A stretch of DNA of 63,991 bases, the filler included, from Stramenopiles sp. TOSAG23-2 (lineage: Eukaryota), in assembly GCA_900128395.1 (NCBI GenBank). It is 3 parts of 3 records of this genome, joined end to end, with 100 filler letters (N's around TTAATTAATTAA, not from the genome) between each part and the next. Parts side by side here need not be neighbours in the genome. Positions count along the whole stretch, not along the records: positions 1 to 23,024 come from LT649497.1; 2 more parts are not named here. One strand, written 5' to 3'. The notes below the pieces were generated by a model. The model did no database searches. It was not told the DNA's origin and saw only the letters and a program-made list of their open reading frames with translations. The position numbers and the translations under genes are program-made. This document shows positions 1-10,623 of the stretch, one piece after another (the first letter of the stretch is position 1; the number at the start of each line of letters is the position of its first letter).

Positions 1-999
1 TAGCATTATTCTAATGCTGTATCAATAGTCTTCAACTACATAGACACAGCATCTCAAATGCATCAAAATTTTGATAGACTATTTTTATTTTATACTTAAA
101 GTATACAATTTAACGCGCCACCTAGATGGAAAATATGTGCCAAAATATTAAAATCCCATTATAATACGTTATAAATAAATCGTGAAAAAGATACCAAAAA
201 TATGACAAAAAAATAAAAACTCGATTAATCAGTTTAATATGAATACATCACCTTTAAACTAGTTACAGTTAGTTGAAGTGTGGATTATGATATTTAATGG
301 ATTTTGGTACATATTCATGAGCTTGTGATTCAAATTCTACTTGTCCAAATTATATGTTTGGTATATATATGAAACTTTTTTATGTGTAGAATCGATTTAT
401 GTGGTCAAATTGGTGTTTGGGCCCAAAAAATATACGAATTGGATTTTATGAAAATGAGATCCCTTAAACTGCACCTGGGAGCAGATTCTCCCAGAAGAGG
501 ATAGTACCGCGTAACTTCCCTCACAGGAGTTTTCCCCTCTTTTTTTTCCAAATTGTCAAAATTTAGAAATGATGATTCCTCGTTTTTAAAAATATCCACA
601 AAAGTTAGGGTGGTAGGTGGTGGGTCGGGTCATAATTGGCTATATTTTTTCCAAATAGAACCTTAATCTTTTATACAATTTTATCTATTTTACAAAAATC
701 CATATAGTCTAGTTTTAATATTTGTTTTTATTTTTATTATGGGCACGCATGGCACATTGCCAGATTATTATTAAATCTACTCTATAATTTCAATAATATA
801 TGATATATGATATGACTAAAATTTAAATTATTGAAGTAATTTAAAATACATAAATAACTCTAGAAAACTAAAGTATAAAAAGTATAGCACTATAGCAACG
901 AAGAGGGTTAATATTATCACAAACAGTTATAGTTATTTCAATTTTTATTTTCATCTAGCACATACTGACGCAGCTATTTGTACGAATTCATTAATAAGA

Positions 1000-2049
1000 A
1001 TGACTGAGAACCCCATTATTATTGAAATTACAAGTATTAGATCTTTCAGTGATAATAACAAAATTCGGAAAGAAAGATTTAAGCCTGGGAAGGAAAAGGA
1101 AAAATCATTTTTATATTTTTTTCAGCCAACGAAGTGCTATGCAAAAATTGGAAGTAATAATCTAGAAAAATCTCGTATTAAAGTTAGTGTTGTCGATAAT
1201 GGTAACAAATCTGAAGATGGGTCATGTTCACAACCAAAAGCGAAAAAGGCAAAAATAATGGAAGATAATGACGATTCGGTCACGGGGCTTCCCCCTGATT
1301 CAGTTGATTTAACAACTAGATCAGACGCAACTGGTTTAACCTATAAGTTTTATTATGAGGACAAACCTGCATATGTACGATATGAAAAGGGAGTCTATGA
1401 AGGAATCAAAACAAAAGGCAAACAAAAACCAAGAATAGGCAAGGAAATACTAAATATACAACTTCTTATTGAAGAAGGCGAAGAAGGATATGTCCAAAAA
1501 GTTAAGAACAAGGCTAGGAATCGCAAGTTAAAAGACAAAAAAAATTTAACTAGGGAGTTCGCCAAAAACTTGTTAGAAAAATATAACGGACATAAATTGA
1601 AAGGCCATACACTTGTACAAATTGCTGCGTACCACAATAGACACGAAATATTGCCTTTTTTAATTGAAGAAAAGGAGATTGATGTTAATCATCAAAGAGA
1701 AAATGGTTCCACAGCTTTACATGAAGCCATATTTCATGGACATTTTGAAAGTGTAGAGTATTTGCTGAAGCAAAAAAACATGCAATGTGACTTATACCGT
1801 GAAACAAACTCAGGATACATACCTTTGCATAACGCGTTTCGGAAACAACGGAATGTAGATATCTGTAAATTTGATGAGAAACTTGTTAATTTATTGATTG
1901 ATGAATACTATGAGCGGTGGAAGAAGAAGGGTCAAGGAGATCCAACAAAATTGTATGAAAAATTGAAGGTGGGGCCTAACTCAAGCCACTTCAAACCTTT
2001 TATGCAGAAGGAACTTGAGATGTTATTAAAAAAACGGTTGCTAGATTAG
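1000..2049 (+). CDS. Ankyrin-repeat protein (C-terminal ANK repeats, unknown N-terminal region); paralog of 15336-16490
   Basis: 349-aa ORF with ankyrin motifs GHTLVQIAAYHNRHEILPFLI, NGSTALHEAIFHGHFESVEYLL and GYIPLHNAF. Shares VNHQRENGSTALHEA exactly with the second copy. Confidence 0.85.
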   Translation: MTENPIIIEITSIRSFSDNNKIRKERFKPGKEKEKSFLYFFQPTKCYAKIGSNNLEKSRIKVSVVDNGNKSEDGSCSQPKAKKAKIMEDNDDSVTGLPPDSVDLTTRSDATGLTYKFYYEDKPAYVRYEKGVYEGIKTKGKQKPRIGKEILNIQLLIEEGEEGYVQKVKNKARNRKLKDKKNLTREFAKNLLEKYNGHKLKGHTLVQIAAYHNRHEILPFLIEEKEIDVNHQRENGSTALHEAIFHGHFESVEYLLKQKNMQCDLYRETNSGYIPLHNAFRKQRNVDICKFDEKLVNLLIDEYYERWKKKGQGDPTKLYEKLKVGPNSSHFKPFMQKELEMLLKKRLLD

Positions 2050-2363
2050 AATGTTTCCAAATCAGAAGAGCACGTTTTCATTTAAACCATACAATAAATA
2101 TGCTTATATTTTGGTATTTTTTTATTTTAAAAATATTTGATAACTGCCACAACCTTATCGTTAAACGTGCATTTTAATTCATTAATTATTGTATTTAATA
2201 GTCGTCTATTAATATGCCAGGGTCAAATATTTTAAATACGACGTAATTTTTTACATAAATTCCATCTCAACTTTATGCTATATCCATAACAAAATTAATG
2301 CCCCTGTCAAAAAAACATTGGCGGGAATTGTCTGGCTGGGTATCTCCTCATTATTTGATAAAT

Positions 2364-2750
2364 TTAACGGCGTGAACTGATATGAATTAATGCCCATTTG
2401 ATCCAATTTTTCTGTCCGCGTTTTGTTCGCATCCCTTTCACATCATTCAATTTTGCTCGAGACTCCGGATTCTTTTTTAAGGAACGACGGAGCGCTCCAG
2501 GATCATCTGCCATTTCCATAGTTTTGATATTTAAAGCAGTGGCTTTAAGAATAACTTTCATTTTTGTATTCGAAAGCCTGGGATTTGACGCATTACGGAA
2601 ACTGTCAATCACATCATTGGCCTCGCTTCGCAATAAGTTCAACAGTTTACATTCATCTGGTTCTTTCGAAGCATCTCGCTGTATTCCAATTCGCTCGCTT
2701 AACATTTCCCGTAAGCTCGCAGTTTCTTCTTCAAAGGATTTGACAGGCAT
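2364..2750 (-). CDS. Hypothetical small helical protein
   Basis: ATG-initiated 128-aa ORF, visibly more GC-rich than its flanks, with protein-like composition. No motif recognised. Confidence 0.45.
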   Translation of the reverse strand: MPVKSFEEETASLREMLSERIGIQRDASKEPDECKLLNLLRSEANDVIDSFRNASNPRLSNTKMKVILKATALNIKTMEMADDPGALRRSLKKNPESRAKLNDVKGMRTKRGQKNWIKWALIHISSRR

Positions 2751-3145
2751 ATTGATGTCAGAAATAGGTTTTAATGAAGATAGGAGATTCGTTTATTACG
2801 CGGTTTATTTATTCAAACTTTTTAAAAGGTTTTGCTCAGACATGCTTGTAGCTTGTAGCTAAATATATAACTCGTATGATATATAACTATCATAATTATT
2901 ATGAAGTAGGTATTGCAAGTACTCGCTAAGCCATTTACATAATATACACTTTTACTTCTTTTTTTCCTCATTTCCCGGCCGCGGCGGGATCTCCAAGGCT
3001 GTGATGATGCTAGATCTAGGCTATTAGGCATACACACAATACCTGTAAGATTTGACAAGTTGAATTTTGGAAAAATGCTTTCTCTAAAACCCTACATTTT
3101 TTCTCGAAATTTTTAACGCTTCGCTGACTGGCTGAGCTGGCTGAG

Positions 3146-3200
3146 CACCTTAACCTGGGAGCAGCCTTTCTTACTGTAACTGTGTCACATTAATATATCA
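3146..3200 (+). repeat. 55-bp exact inverted repeat, copy 1 (partner 22970-23024)
   Basis: CACCTTAACCTGGGAGCAGCCTTTCTTACTGTAACTGTGTCACATTAATATATCA is the exact reverse complement of the last 55 bp of the contig. Confidence 0.95.
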
Positions 3201-3248
3201 TATTGTTATGTCTTCATAAATGTAGTTGATGCATATGAAAATATATTA

Positions 3249-3989
3249 ATGCCAGATTATAATAAAAGTCCCTTTCACTTTAATTATACTATAATAAATA
3301 ATTTAGCAGGTAAAAATCGAAATGGTTATTTAGGTGTTTTTACCAATAGTGCAGCCAACTTTAAAATTGTACCTCCAGCTGGTGGAGATTGTAAAAATGG
3401 ACCGGGGCAACATGTACAGAAAACAGCAGTTGCTAACAAATGTATGTTTGCTACTAATGGTGGTCCTTTTAACTATCCTGGTCCATTTGGTACTTCCACA
3501 GGGTGTTCGGGAGTCTTAATATCCGATAGTAAAACATTAGCAAATGATTATAAAAATGGTGCTACACAATTTGGCGTAACAAAAGACAAACAATGGTTTA
3601 TTGGTAATTTAAAAAATAATTCTCAAGCACAAGAAATTGGAATAACTAATTTAATAACAGGTTTTAATTGGATTGTTTATAATGGCACATCTACTATTTC
3701 AACACCAGGTGGTGAAGGAGCACCACGAACGGTAGTTGGTATCGATGAAAAAAATCGTTTAATGATGTTAGAAGTAGATGGTTGTGAAAAGTGTAAAGAT
3801 GGCAAAGGTCCAACGATGCAAGACATTAGTCAGATGATGGTAAATTTAGGTGCATCGTATGCTGTAAATTTGGATGGAGGTGGTTCCTCTACATCTGTTG
3901 TAAATGGAACATTAGTTAATCATCCAACGTGTGTAGATGTTATTTTGAAATGTCAAAGAAAGGTTACTAGTGTAGTTTGTGTTGTGTGA
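3249..3989 (+). CDS. Phosphodiester glycosidase (NAGPA/DUF2233) family protein, probably 5'-truncated
   Basis: Motifs FATNGGPF, APRTVVGI, MLEVDG and AVNLDGGGSS. The frame stays open upstream to about 3201 (YCYVFINVVDA-YEN), which resembles the end of a signal peptide with no ATG. Confidence 0.85.
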   Translation: MPDYNKSPFHFNYTIINNLAGKNRNGYLGVFTNSAANFKIVPPAGGDCKNGPGQHVQKTAVANKCMFATNGGPFNYPGPFGTSTGCSGVLISDSKTLANDYKNGATQFGVTKDKQWFIGNLKNNSQAQEIGITNLITGFNWIVYNGTSTISTPGGEGAPRTVVGIDEKNRLMMLEVDGCEKCKDGKGPTMQDISQMMVNLGASYAVNLDGGGSSTSVVNGTLVNHPTCVDVILKCQRKVTSVVCVV

Positions 3990-4117
3990 ACCAAAATATT
4001 TGTAAAATGTACATTATTAATATAACGAAGACGTACCTTATATATATATACACATTAAACTCTCTCTGTCCACAAACTCTCCCTCTCTGGGGGTTCTTTT
4101 TTGTAGAGTTTCTTTTT

Positions 4118-7100
4118 TTAAAAACCATACTTCTTCAACCTTTCTTTTAATTTTTGAACATCAGCTCGAACATTTCCACGATGTTGTCTTACTTCATTTC
4201 GTATTTTCGATTGTGCAATTGCTACATCCAAATCAAAAGCAGCTTTTTTTGTTTTATTATTTGCACGTTTCCGAATTGCTTTTGTTGATGCCATAGAAAA
4301 ATGAGAATCTTTTGCTCTTTTCGATCTACCAGTACCATCATCATTGCCTTTTCCACCTTCCTTTTCATTTCCTTCATCTGGCATGCTACGTAAACTAGCA
4401 GCCCATTCTCGTTTAAATTCCTCAAATCCAATCCTATCGAAATCTAATTCTTCTTCGCTATCACTTGCAGATCGATAACCCATACTAGATGCTTTATTTA
4501 TATCAGAGGATGGACTTGAATCACCACCATTTTTACCATGTTGTAATTCAGTCAATCTATTCCCTGCAGTGCTAGTTTTTACACGATATGAAAATTCATC
4601 ATTTTTTTTCTTTCGTTCACGTTTACGTTCCATTGCATCTTCATCATATTTAGAAGCTTCATCTTCATTCATATTATCATCGAAATCTCCGCTATCCCTT
4701 TCTTTCCCTTCTCCATTATCAGTGAAATCTTGAACTTTTTGTTCATACATCATTTTCTTTTTATTTACTGAGGTATTTTGTTTAAACTCTTCATTGGTTT
4801 TGATTATGTCACGTGTTTTTTCATTTCTAAACTTTTCAATTTTTTCCACATCTATATTAAATAACCATTGTGGATGTTTTTGTTCTCCACGTAATTCTTG
4901 CAACAATGAGCCAATACGCTTGCCTTTTCTATCACCTTCTACACCCCATATACGCACGGTATGATCATGTGATGAAGATAATATCGATGCTGGCGATGGA
5001 ATGAATTGAATAGAAGAGACGGAATCAGTATGTGCTGCTACGGACCATTCAAATTTTACTATATCTTCATTTAATGACGGCAAATGATATTCTATATCTT
5101 TTGGACTAGCATTTTGCCCATTACTACTGTTTGAATGGCTCAATTTCGTTTTTTTTTTCGATTTTTTTTCCACCTCTTCCTTTGCATGCCCAGCTGGTGC
5201 AACATTTAATGTTTTAATGACTTCCGTGAAATCCCAACATGCTACTTGACCTCGATCTCCACCTGTATAAAGTCTCGATTCATTATCCCAATCTAAGCAA
5301 AGGACAGGTGTCAATGTCCTATGTTCCTCCAAAGAAAAACGTCGTTTTACTTTCGATGATACTGCCTGTTTCTTTTGCATAACTTTACTATTTTCACTAT
5401 CACTAGCCATATAATCATTTTCACCTTCATGTTTGTAAAAATGGCAAAAATGCAATGGACAATGATATTTAAAGATGGAGCCCCGTACACCGTAGACCCA
5501 AACTATACCAGCGCTATCCGCTATAACTATTAATGGATATGGATGTAAAAAGACTATTTCATTTATTTCATGTTCAAATTCTAATTTGGCTTCAATTTTA
5601 CCAGTCTCCGTATCCCATATCCTAACCGTCTTATCTGCAGCACCAGTTGCAAGTAATGTTAAGTTATAGGAAACAGCAGCGCAGGATATATCACCACGAT
5701 GTGTATGTGCAACATCCATTGTACGGACAACAACCCCATGATCAGGTGGATCTTCATCATGCACTACTATCGCCCCATCCCATGAAACGGAAACGACATA
5801 TTTCAATTCATCAATATATTTTAAACTAGTAATTTGAGATGCATGTGGGTCAAAAACTTTCATCAATGCACCACTTTGATAATTATGAATCTGAATGTCA
5901 CCTAAATGATCGCCTATTATAAATTTACGCTTTCGATTATCTAATACTATCGCCGTAATATCACTGCCATTTACTGTTAAATCAAAATATGCTTTTTCCA
6001 ATTTTCCAATCAATGCATTCCATATTTTCACTGAACATCCATGTGTTGTAATAATCGATGATAAGACATCATTATAAATAGCAGCTTGTATTGGTAAATC
6101 ATCCGCACCACCTGTATCCACATTAACAATTCCTTGTTCAAATACATGCAACCGCCGTGTCGTTCCAATTAAACGAGCAACTCGTTCTTCAATACGATTT
6201 TGACACAAGGTAAATGATGTTAATTGCGAATTATCACTATCATCCTCCAATCCTAAATTTGCCATTTCATCAACTTCAGCACTAAACGTTTGGACACATT
6301 GGAAATTTCGTAAATCCCAAATTTTATATGTACCATCCGTATCCGCAGTCACAACTTGATTTGTACCTTCAATGGAATCGATGCTTACTAATGAATTTTT
6401 ATGCCCTTTTAATTTAAAAATAACAGTAGGACTAAATGGACTCCATACATTTGCATCATGTTCAAAACCAGCACTTAATAAAAGTTTAAAATCATCATTG
6501 TAAGTCAATGATAATACGCCTTTTTGATGACCTTCCATTTTTTGCCTACGTGCTCCTGTATGTAAATCCCATACACAAATATTTCGATCCATTGAACATG
6601 AACTAATAGCTTCTAATTGCTTCATATCACATAAATTCATAACCATATCATTATGTCCATACATACATGTAATTTCTTTCTTCGTGTCTACATCCCATGC
6701 ATGTACTAAACCAGCGACACTTGCACTGTATAATAATTTATATCGTGGTTCCCATAATAATCCACATTGTGTATGTGGTGTTGGAAATCGCGCGCTTACT
6801 TGAAACGGATGTAATTTATTTTGATCTAAACCCCATAAAACAATACTACTATCCGTACAGCTAACAGCTAATTTACCTTGTACAGATGAACTGTGATGTG
6901 TTAAATGATCTCCAACATATGCATATGCTGTTGGAGCTCCACGTATATCTTTGTTTCTTAAACTTGCTACTTCAGTTAAATCTTCCACATTATATAATTT
7001 AATACATGGCCCACCCGCATTTGAACTAGATGCTGAAAATAATGATTCCGATGTAACTTCTTTTTCAATGTAAAATGCTACAACATCCAATGGTTGTACA

Positions 7101-7708
7101 AAAAAAGCATTTTCAATAGGTTGTGTCTGTATCGTTTTTGCACCAGGATCTTTTAATATTTCTTCAAAACGTGTTAACGCATTTAAACCTATATAACTAG
7201 TCAAAGAAGCTTTTTCAACTATAAATGCAGTAAATTCATCCCATTCGACCTTTTTATCCCCGTTAATATCAATTTCATCAAACAATTCTCTTAAATTTGA
7301 TACTAAATCGAATGTACTAATTTCCTCATCTTCTTCATCTTTCTTATCAACTGCATCATACATAGCATTACGTTTCTCTTGGAAGTTATCTAAATTTTTT
7401 AACATAATTCGTACAAATTGATTTATATCTACAGCGTGATCTTCATGTTTCATGAAATAACGGCGTATGCTTGCAACTTTTGTTTCGTCTAAACATCTCA
7501 TCACATCAATAATAATTTGTGCAGACAATGCATTATTTTTAGACAACCTTGTACGTGGTGATAAACCGCCCCATTTTAATTCTTCAAACGGTGACATTGT
7601 ATTTGCTCTACTTCTTGCTTTAATTTCTTCAGCTGAAGTGCTACGTGGTGATGCATTTGGTGATATATACGATGGATCTGTTTTACTACTTGCACGTGAT
7701 CTTGACAT
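4118..7708 (-). CDS. EF-hand plus WD40-repeat protein (WDR49/EFCAB8-like)
   Basis: EF-hand ELFDEIDINGDKKVEWDEF followed by many GH...WD repeats. Confidence 0.85.
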   Translation of the reverse strand: MSRSRASSKTDPSYISPNASPRSTSAEEIKARSRANTMSPFEELKWGGLSPRTRLSKNNALSAQIIIDVMRCLDETKVASIRRYFMKHEDHAVDINQFVRIMLKNLDNFQEKRNAMYDAVDKKDEEDEEISTFDLVSNLRELFDEIDINGDKKVEWDEFTAFIVEKASLTSYIGLNALTRFEEILKDPGAKTIQTQPIENAFFVQPLDVVAFYIEKEVTSESLFSASSSNAGGPCIKLYNVEDLTEVASLRNKDIRGAPTAYAYVGDHLTHHSSSVQGKLAVSCTDSSIVLWGLDQNKLHPFQVSARFPTPHTQCGLLWEPRYKLLYSASVAGLVHAWDVDTKKEITCMYGHNDMVMNLCDMKQLEAISSCSMDRNICVWDLHTGARRQKMEGHQKGVLSLTYNDDFKLLLSAGFEHDANVWSPFSPTVIFKLKGHKNSLVSIDSIEGTNQVVTADTDGTYKIWDLRNFQCVQTFSAEVDEMANLGLEDDSDNSQLTSFTLCQNRIEERVARLIGTTRRLHVFEQGIVNVDTGGADDLPIQAAIYNDVLSSIITTHGCSVKIWNALIGKLEKAYFDLTVNGSDITAIVLDNRKRKFIIGDHLGDIQIHNYQSGALMKVFDPHASQITSLKYIDELKYVVSVSWDGAIVVHDEDPPDHGVVVRTMDVAHTHRGDISCAAVSYNLTLLATGAADKTVRIWDTETGKIEAKLEFEHEINEIVFLHPYPLIVIADSAGIVWVYGVRGSIFKYHCPLHFCHFYKHEGENDYMASDSENSKVMQKKQAVSSKVKRRFSLEEHRTLTPVLCLDWDNESRLYTGGDRGQVACWDFTEVIKTLNVAPAGHAKEEVEKKSKKKTKLSHSNSSNGQNASPKDIEYHLPSLNEDIVKFEWSVAAHTDSVSSIQFIPSPASILSSSHDHTVRIWGVEGDRKGKRIGSLLQELRGEQKHPQWLFNIDVEKIEKFRNEKTRDIIKTNEEFKQNTSVNKKKMMYEQKVQDFTDNGEGKERDSGDFDDNMNEDEASKYDEDAMERKRERKKKNDEFSYRVKTSTAGNRLTELQHGKNGGDSSPSSDINKASSMGYRSASDSEEELDFDRIGFEEFKREWAASLRSMPDEGNEKEGGKGNDDGTGRSKRAKDSHFSMASTKAIRKRANNKTKKAAFDLDVAIAQSKIRNEVRQHRGNVRADVQKLKERLKKYGF

Positions 7709-8548
7709 ATTCTTATAATTATTATGTTCAATATTTGTAATGATTGGTGTACGTGCATAAAGGATATTTAAAATACAAAGGGAAAATGATGGTGATGGGT
7801 AAGTTGTCGTCTATGTATGTATGTATGTATGTACTTTATAAATATATATATTTTTTATTGTATATCTATATCAGTTGTAATTTGTAGAAGAAGAAATCTA
7901 TAACGGCATCATTTCTGGATGCGCATTCGCATAGGATCATAATAATAATGGCATATATTCTTAATTAAGGATTTTTGACTTTGATAATATTTAATGTTTC
8001 ACCAAATCTAAATCTTATTCTACTTATTCTACTTATTTTTGAATTATTGGACTTATAAAGGAAAAATCTAAATCCGTCATACTTTTTTAAAAATGTATTG
8101 AGTATATATATTTATATACTAAGGTTCCTATTTTATTGGTTAGGCACTATAAGTATACAAATATATATACTTAATATATATTTAAAAAAAGTATATCATG
8201 ACGCGGATTTCGGAAATTTTTCCATCTTGTACGAATTAAGGAGCCGCCCTTCAATGGTTTATTATTCAACCAACAAACACAACAACAAAACACAAAAACT
8301 CATGCATCAAAATTAATAAAATTTGTTCCACAAGATAAGAAAGATTTAAATCGGAAGAGAACATATAGACACAAGTTAAGTGGTATATATATATACATAT
8401 ATATACATATAGACAACTCAACCTTTTTTCTCGTTTTCGTTATTGTTGATAGTATTAATATTTCACACAAAAACAATACATATATAAATTTCGTAATCAG
8501 TATAGAATTTTTTGTATTATACGTATATATTGTAATTATTAAATAATA

Positions 8549-10264
8549 ATGAGTAGAGGAGTGACCGAAGAGGAAGCTTTAACTTCTAAATTAACACAAC
8601 GTATTAAACGAAAAACATTTCAATGGGGTATAACAAGTGAAAAGCGATTAGTACAAGCTGAAATACGTGAAAGTATATTTAAATATACAGAAAAAGATGG
8701 TGGAAAAGAAAAAAGAAAACGATGGGATGACTTTTGTAAGAAACATTCAGATTTTGCAAATGAAGTGAATAATCAACAAAATAATAATAATAATAATACC
8801 ACTTCAAGTAGTAATAATAATAATAATAATAAAAAAAAAATACGTAGATGCATGATGAAATGGAAATATCAATATAGTAATAAAACTGTTGTAGCATCTA
8901 CAAAAGAATACAACCCAAATGGAATTACAGTACGCACTAGTAAACATCAAGCAGCATATCGATCGTTACGAAACCTATTTAAGAAAAAAGATAATAATGA
9001 TGATAGTAATACAAATAATTTATCTTATCGTTCTAAAATTGATAAATTAATACGAGGTGGTATACCGCCATCGATGAGAGGTAAAATATGGGAATATTGT
9101 TCCGGTGCAGATTTAAAAAGAAAAGAATCGTACGAAACAAACGTTACTAACAACAACAACAAAAATGGAATGCAACAACATGGAAAAAAGAAAAGAAAAA
9201 TAGAAGCATATCATGACATATTACAAGGTTTAAAACTTGGTACATTGAATGTCTCACCACAGCATTTAATAGATATAGATAAAGATCTCAATCGTACTGT
9301 AATTGTTTTAGACAATGGACAGAAATTTCCAGAAGCATTAGAAAATAGTTTAGAACGAATATTAATAGCATATTGTTTTCGAAATCCTGATTTAGGTTAT
9401 TGCCAAGGCATGAGTACGTTAGGTGCCTTATTATTATTACATATGGAGGAGGAAAAAAGTTTTTGGGTATTATCATGTATTATTGAAGATATGTTGCCAC
9501 GTTTTTATGCTATTGATATGATCGGAATTAAAACAGAAGCGGCAACATTTGAATTTTTAGTAAAGACATATTTAAATAAAATATATGATTGTGTTGGTGC
9601 ATTTCAAACATTAAAACCATTTGCAATTAAATGGTTTTTATGTTTATATGTAAACAGTTTACCATTAGCAACTGTATTAAGAGTATGGGATGTTTTTTTT
9701 CATGAAGGTGTGAAAGTATTACATCGAGTTGGTTTAAGTGCATTATATTTACAACAAAATAATATTTTACAAACAGCGAAAGGAAAAGAAATGGGTCCAA
9801 TTTTTGATGGTTTAGACAATGCAACAAAAGAATGCAAAGATCCTGATAAATTATTTGATGCAATGTATGGAACTTTATTTTATGGGAAAAATTTTTCAAG
9901 TAAATTATTATTAAAAATTAGACGACATGTCATATCAAATGATGAATTTTTTTTCATTGCAGATGGTAGTTTTTATTTAAAAAATAAAGATGAAAGAATT
10001 GCATTGGAAACATTGAAAAATGTTACACCAGCAAGACGAAGTGGTACATCATGTCGTGTGATTGATAATGGGGAAAGAACAAGAGGTCAAAGTAGTTCTA
10101 ATGTTGTTGTATCAAATGAAAGTACGAGTAATGGGAATGGGGTTGTTGTTACGGATGGTGGTGGTGGTGATGGCGATGATGATAAAGTTGTGGAGAATAG
10201 GAAAAAATCAAAGTCGTTTTTACAAAGTAAAAATTCTTGGAGTGAGGTGAAGAAGTTGTCGTGA
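8549..10264 (+). CDS. TBC-domain Rab GTPase-activating protein
   Basis: GIPPSMRGKIW, IDKDLNRT (Arg finger), GYCQGM (Gln finger) and LRVWDVFF. Confidence 0.92.
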   Translation: MSRGVTEEEALTSKLTQRIKRKTFQWGITSEKRLVQAEIRESIFKYTEKDGGKEKRKRWDDFCKKHSDFANEVNNQQNNNNNNTTSSSNNNNNNKKKIRRCMMKWKYQYSNKTVVASTKEYNPNGITVRTSKHQAAYRSLRNLFKKKDNNDDSNTNNLSYRSKIDKLIRGGIPPSMRGKIWEYCSGADLKRKESYETNVTNNNNKNGMQQHGKKKRKIEAYHDILQGLKLGTLNVSPQHLIDIDKDLNRTVIVLDNGQKFPEALENSLERILIAYCFRNPDLGYCQGMSTLGALLLLHMEEEKSFWVLSCIIEDMLPRFYAIDMIGIKTEAATFEFLVKTYLNKIYDCVGAFQTLKPFAIKWFLCLYVNSLPLATVLRVWDVFFHEGVKVLHRVGLSALYLQQNNILQTAKGKEMGPIFDGLDNATKECKDPDKLFDAMYGTLFYGKNFSSKLLLKIRRHVISNDEFFFIADGSFYLKNKDERIALETLKNVTPARRSGTSCRVIDNGERTRGQSSSNVVVSNESTSNGNGVVVTDGGGGDGDDDKVVENRKKSKSFLQSKNSWSEVKKLS

Positions 10265-10623
10265 GAGGGTGTGTCAGATAGTTCGGTAATAAAATTGCCA
10301 CACAGCGCAGAAAAATACTGAAAATTATTAACAATACGAAGCGTACGAAACATCAAACCAGTGTGACGACGCACGATCGCGTTTTAATTTATATTTTTTA
10401 AATAATACTCGTATGATAATTTTTTTATATATACGAACTTCGTAAAATTAAATGGTTCGCACGTTCGGTACGAATTCATACAATTAATGATATGGAAAGG
10501 TTGATACCATTTTATTTATCTCATTCCCTCGGTATTTCCGTTTAATGGGAATATTGACATGTGAGATTGATGTTATAATGGCTCTCAGTGATTGTGAGCC
10601 TCGTTTTTCTTATATTGATGATA

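Noticed and set aside
1000-2049. RNase L orthologue call for the ankyrin proteins
   Set aside because: Only about three repeats, located C-terminally, with no pseudokinase or KEN nuclease domain.
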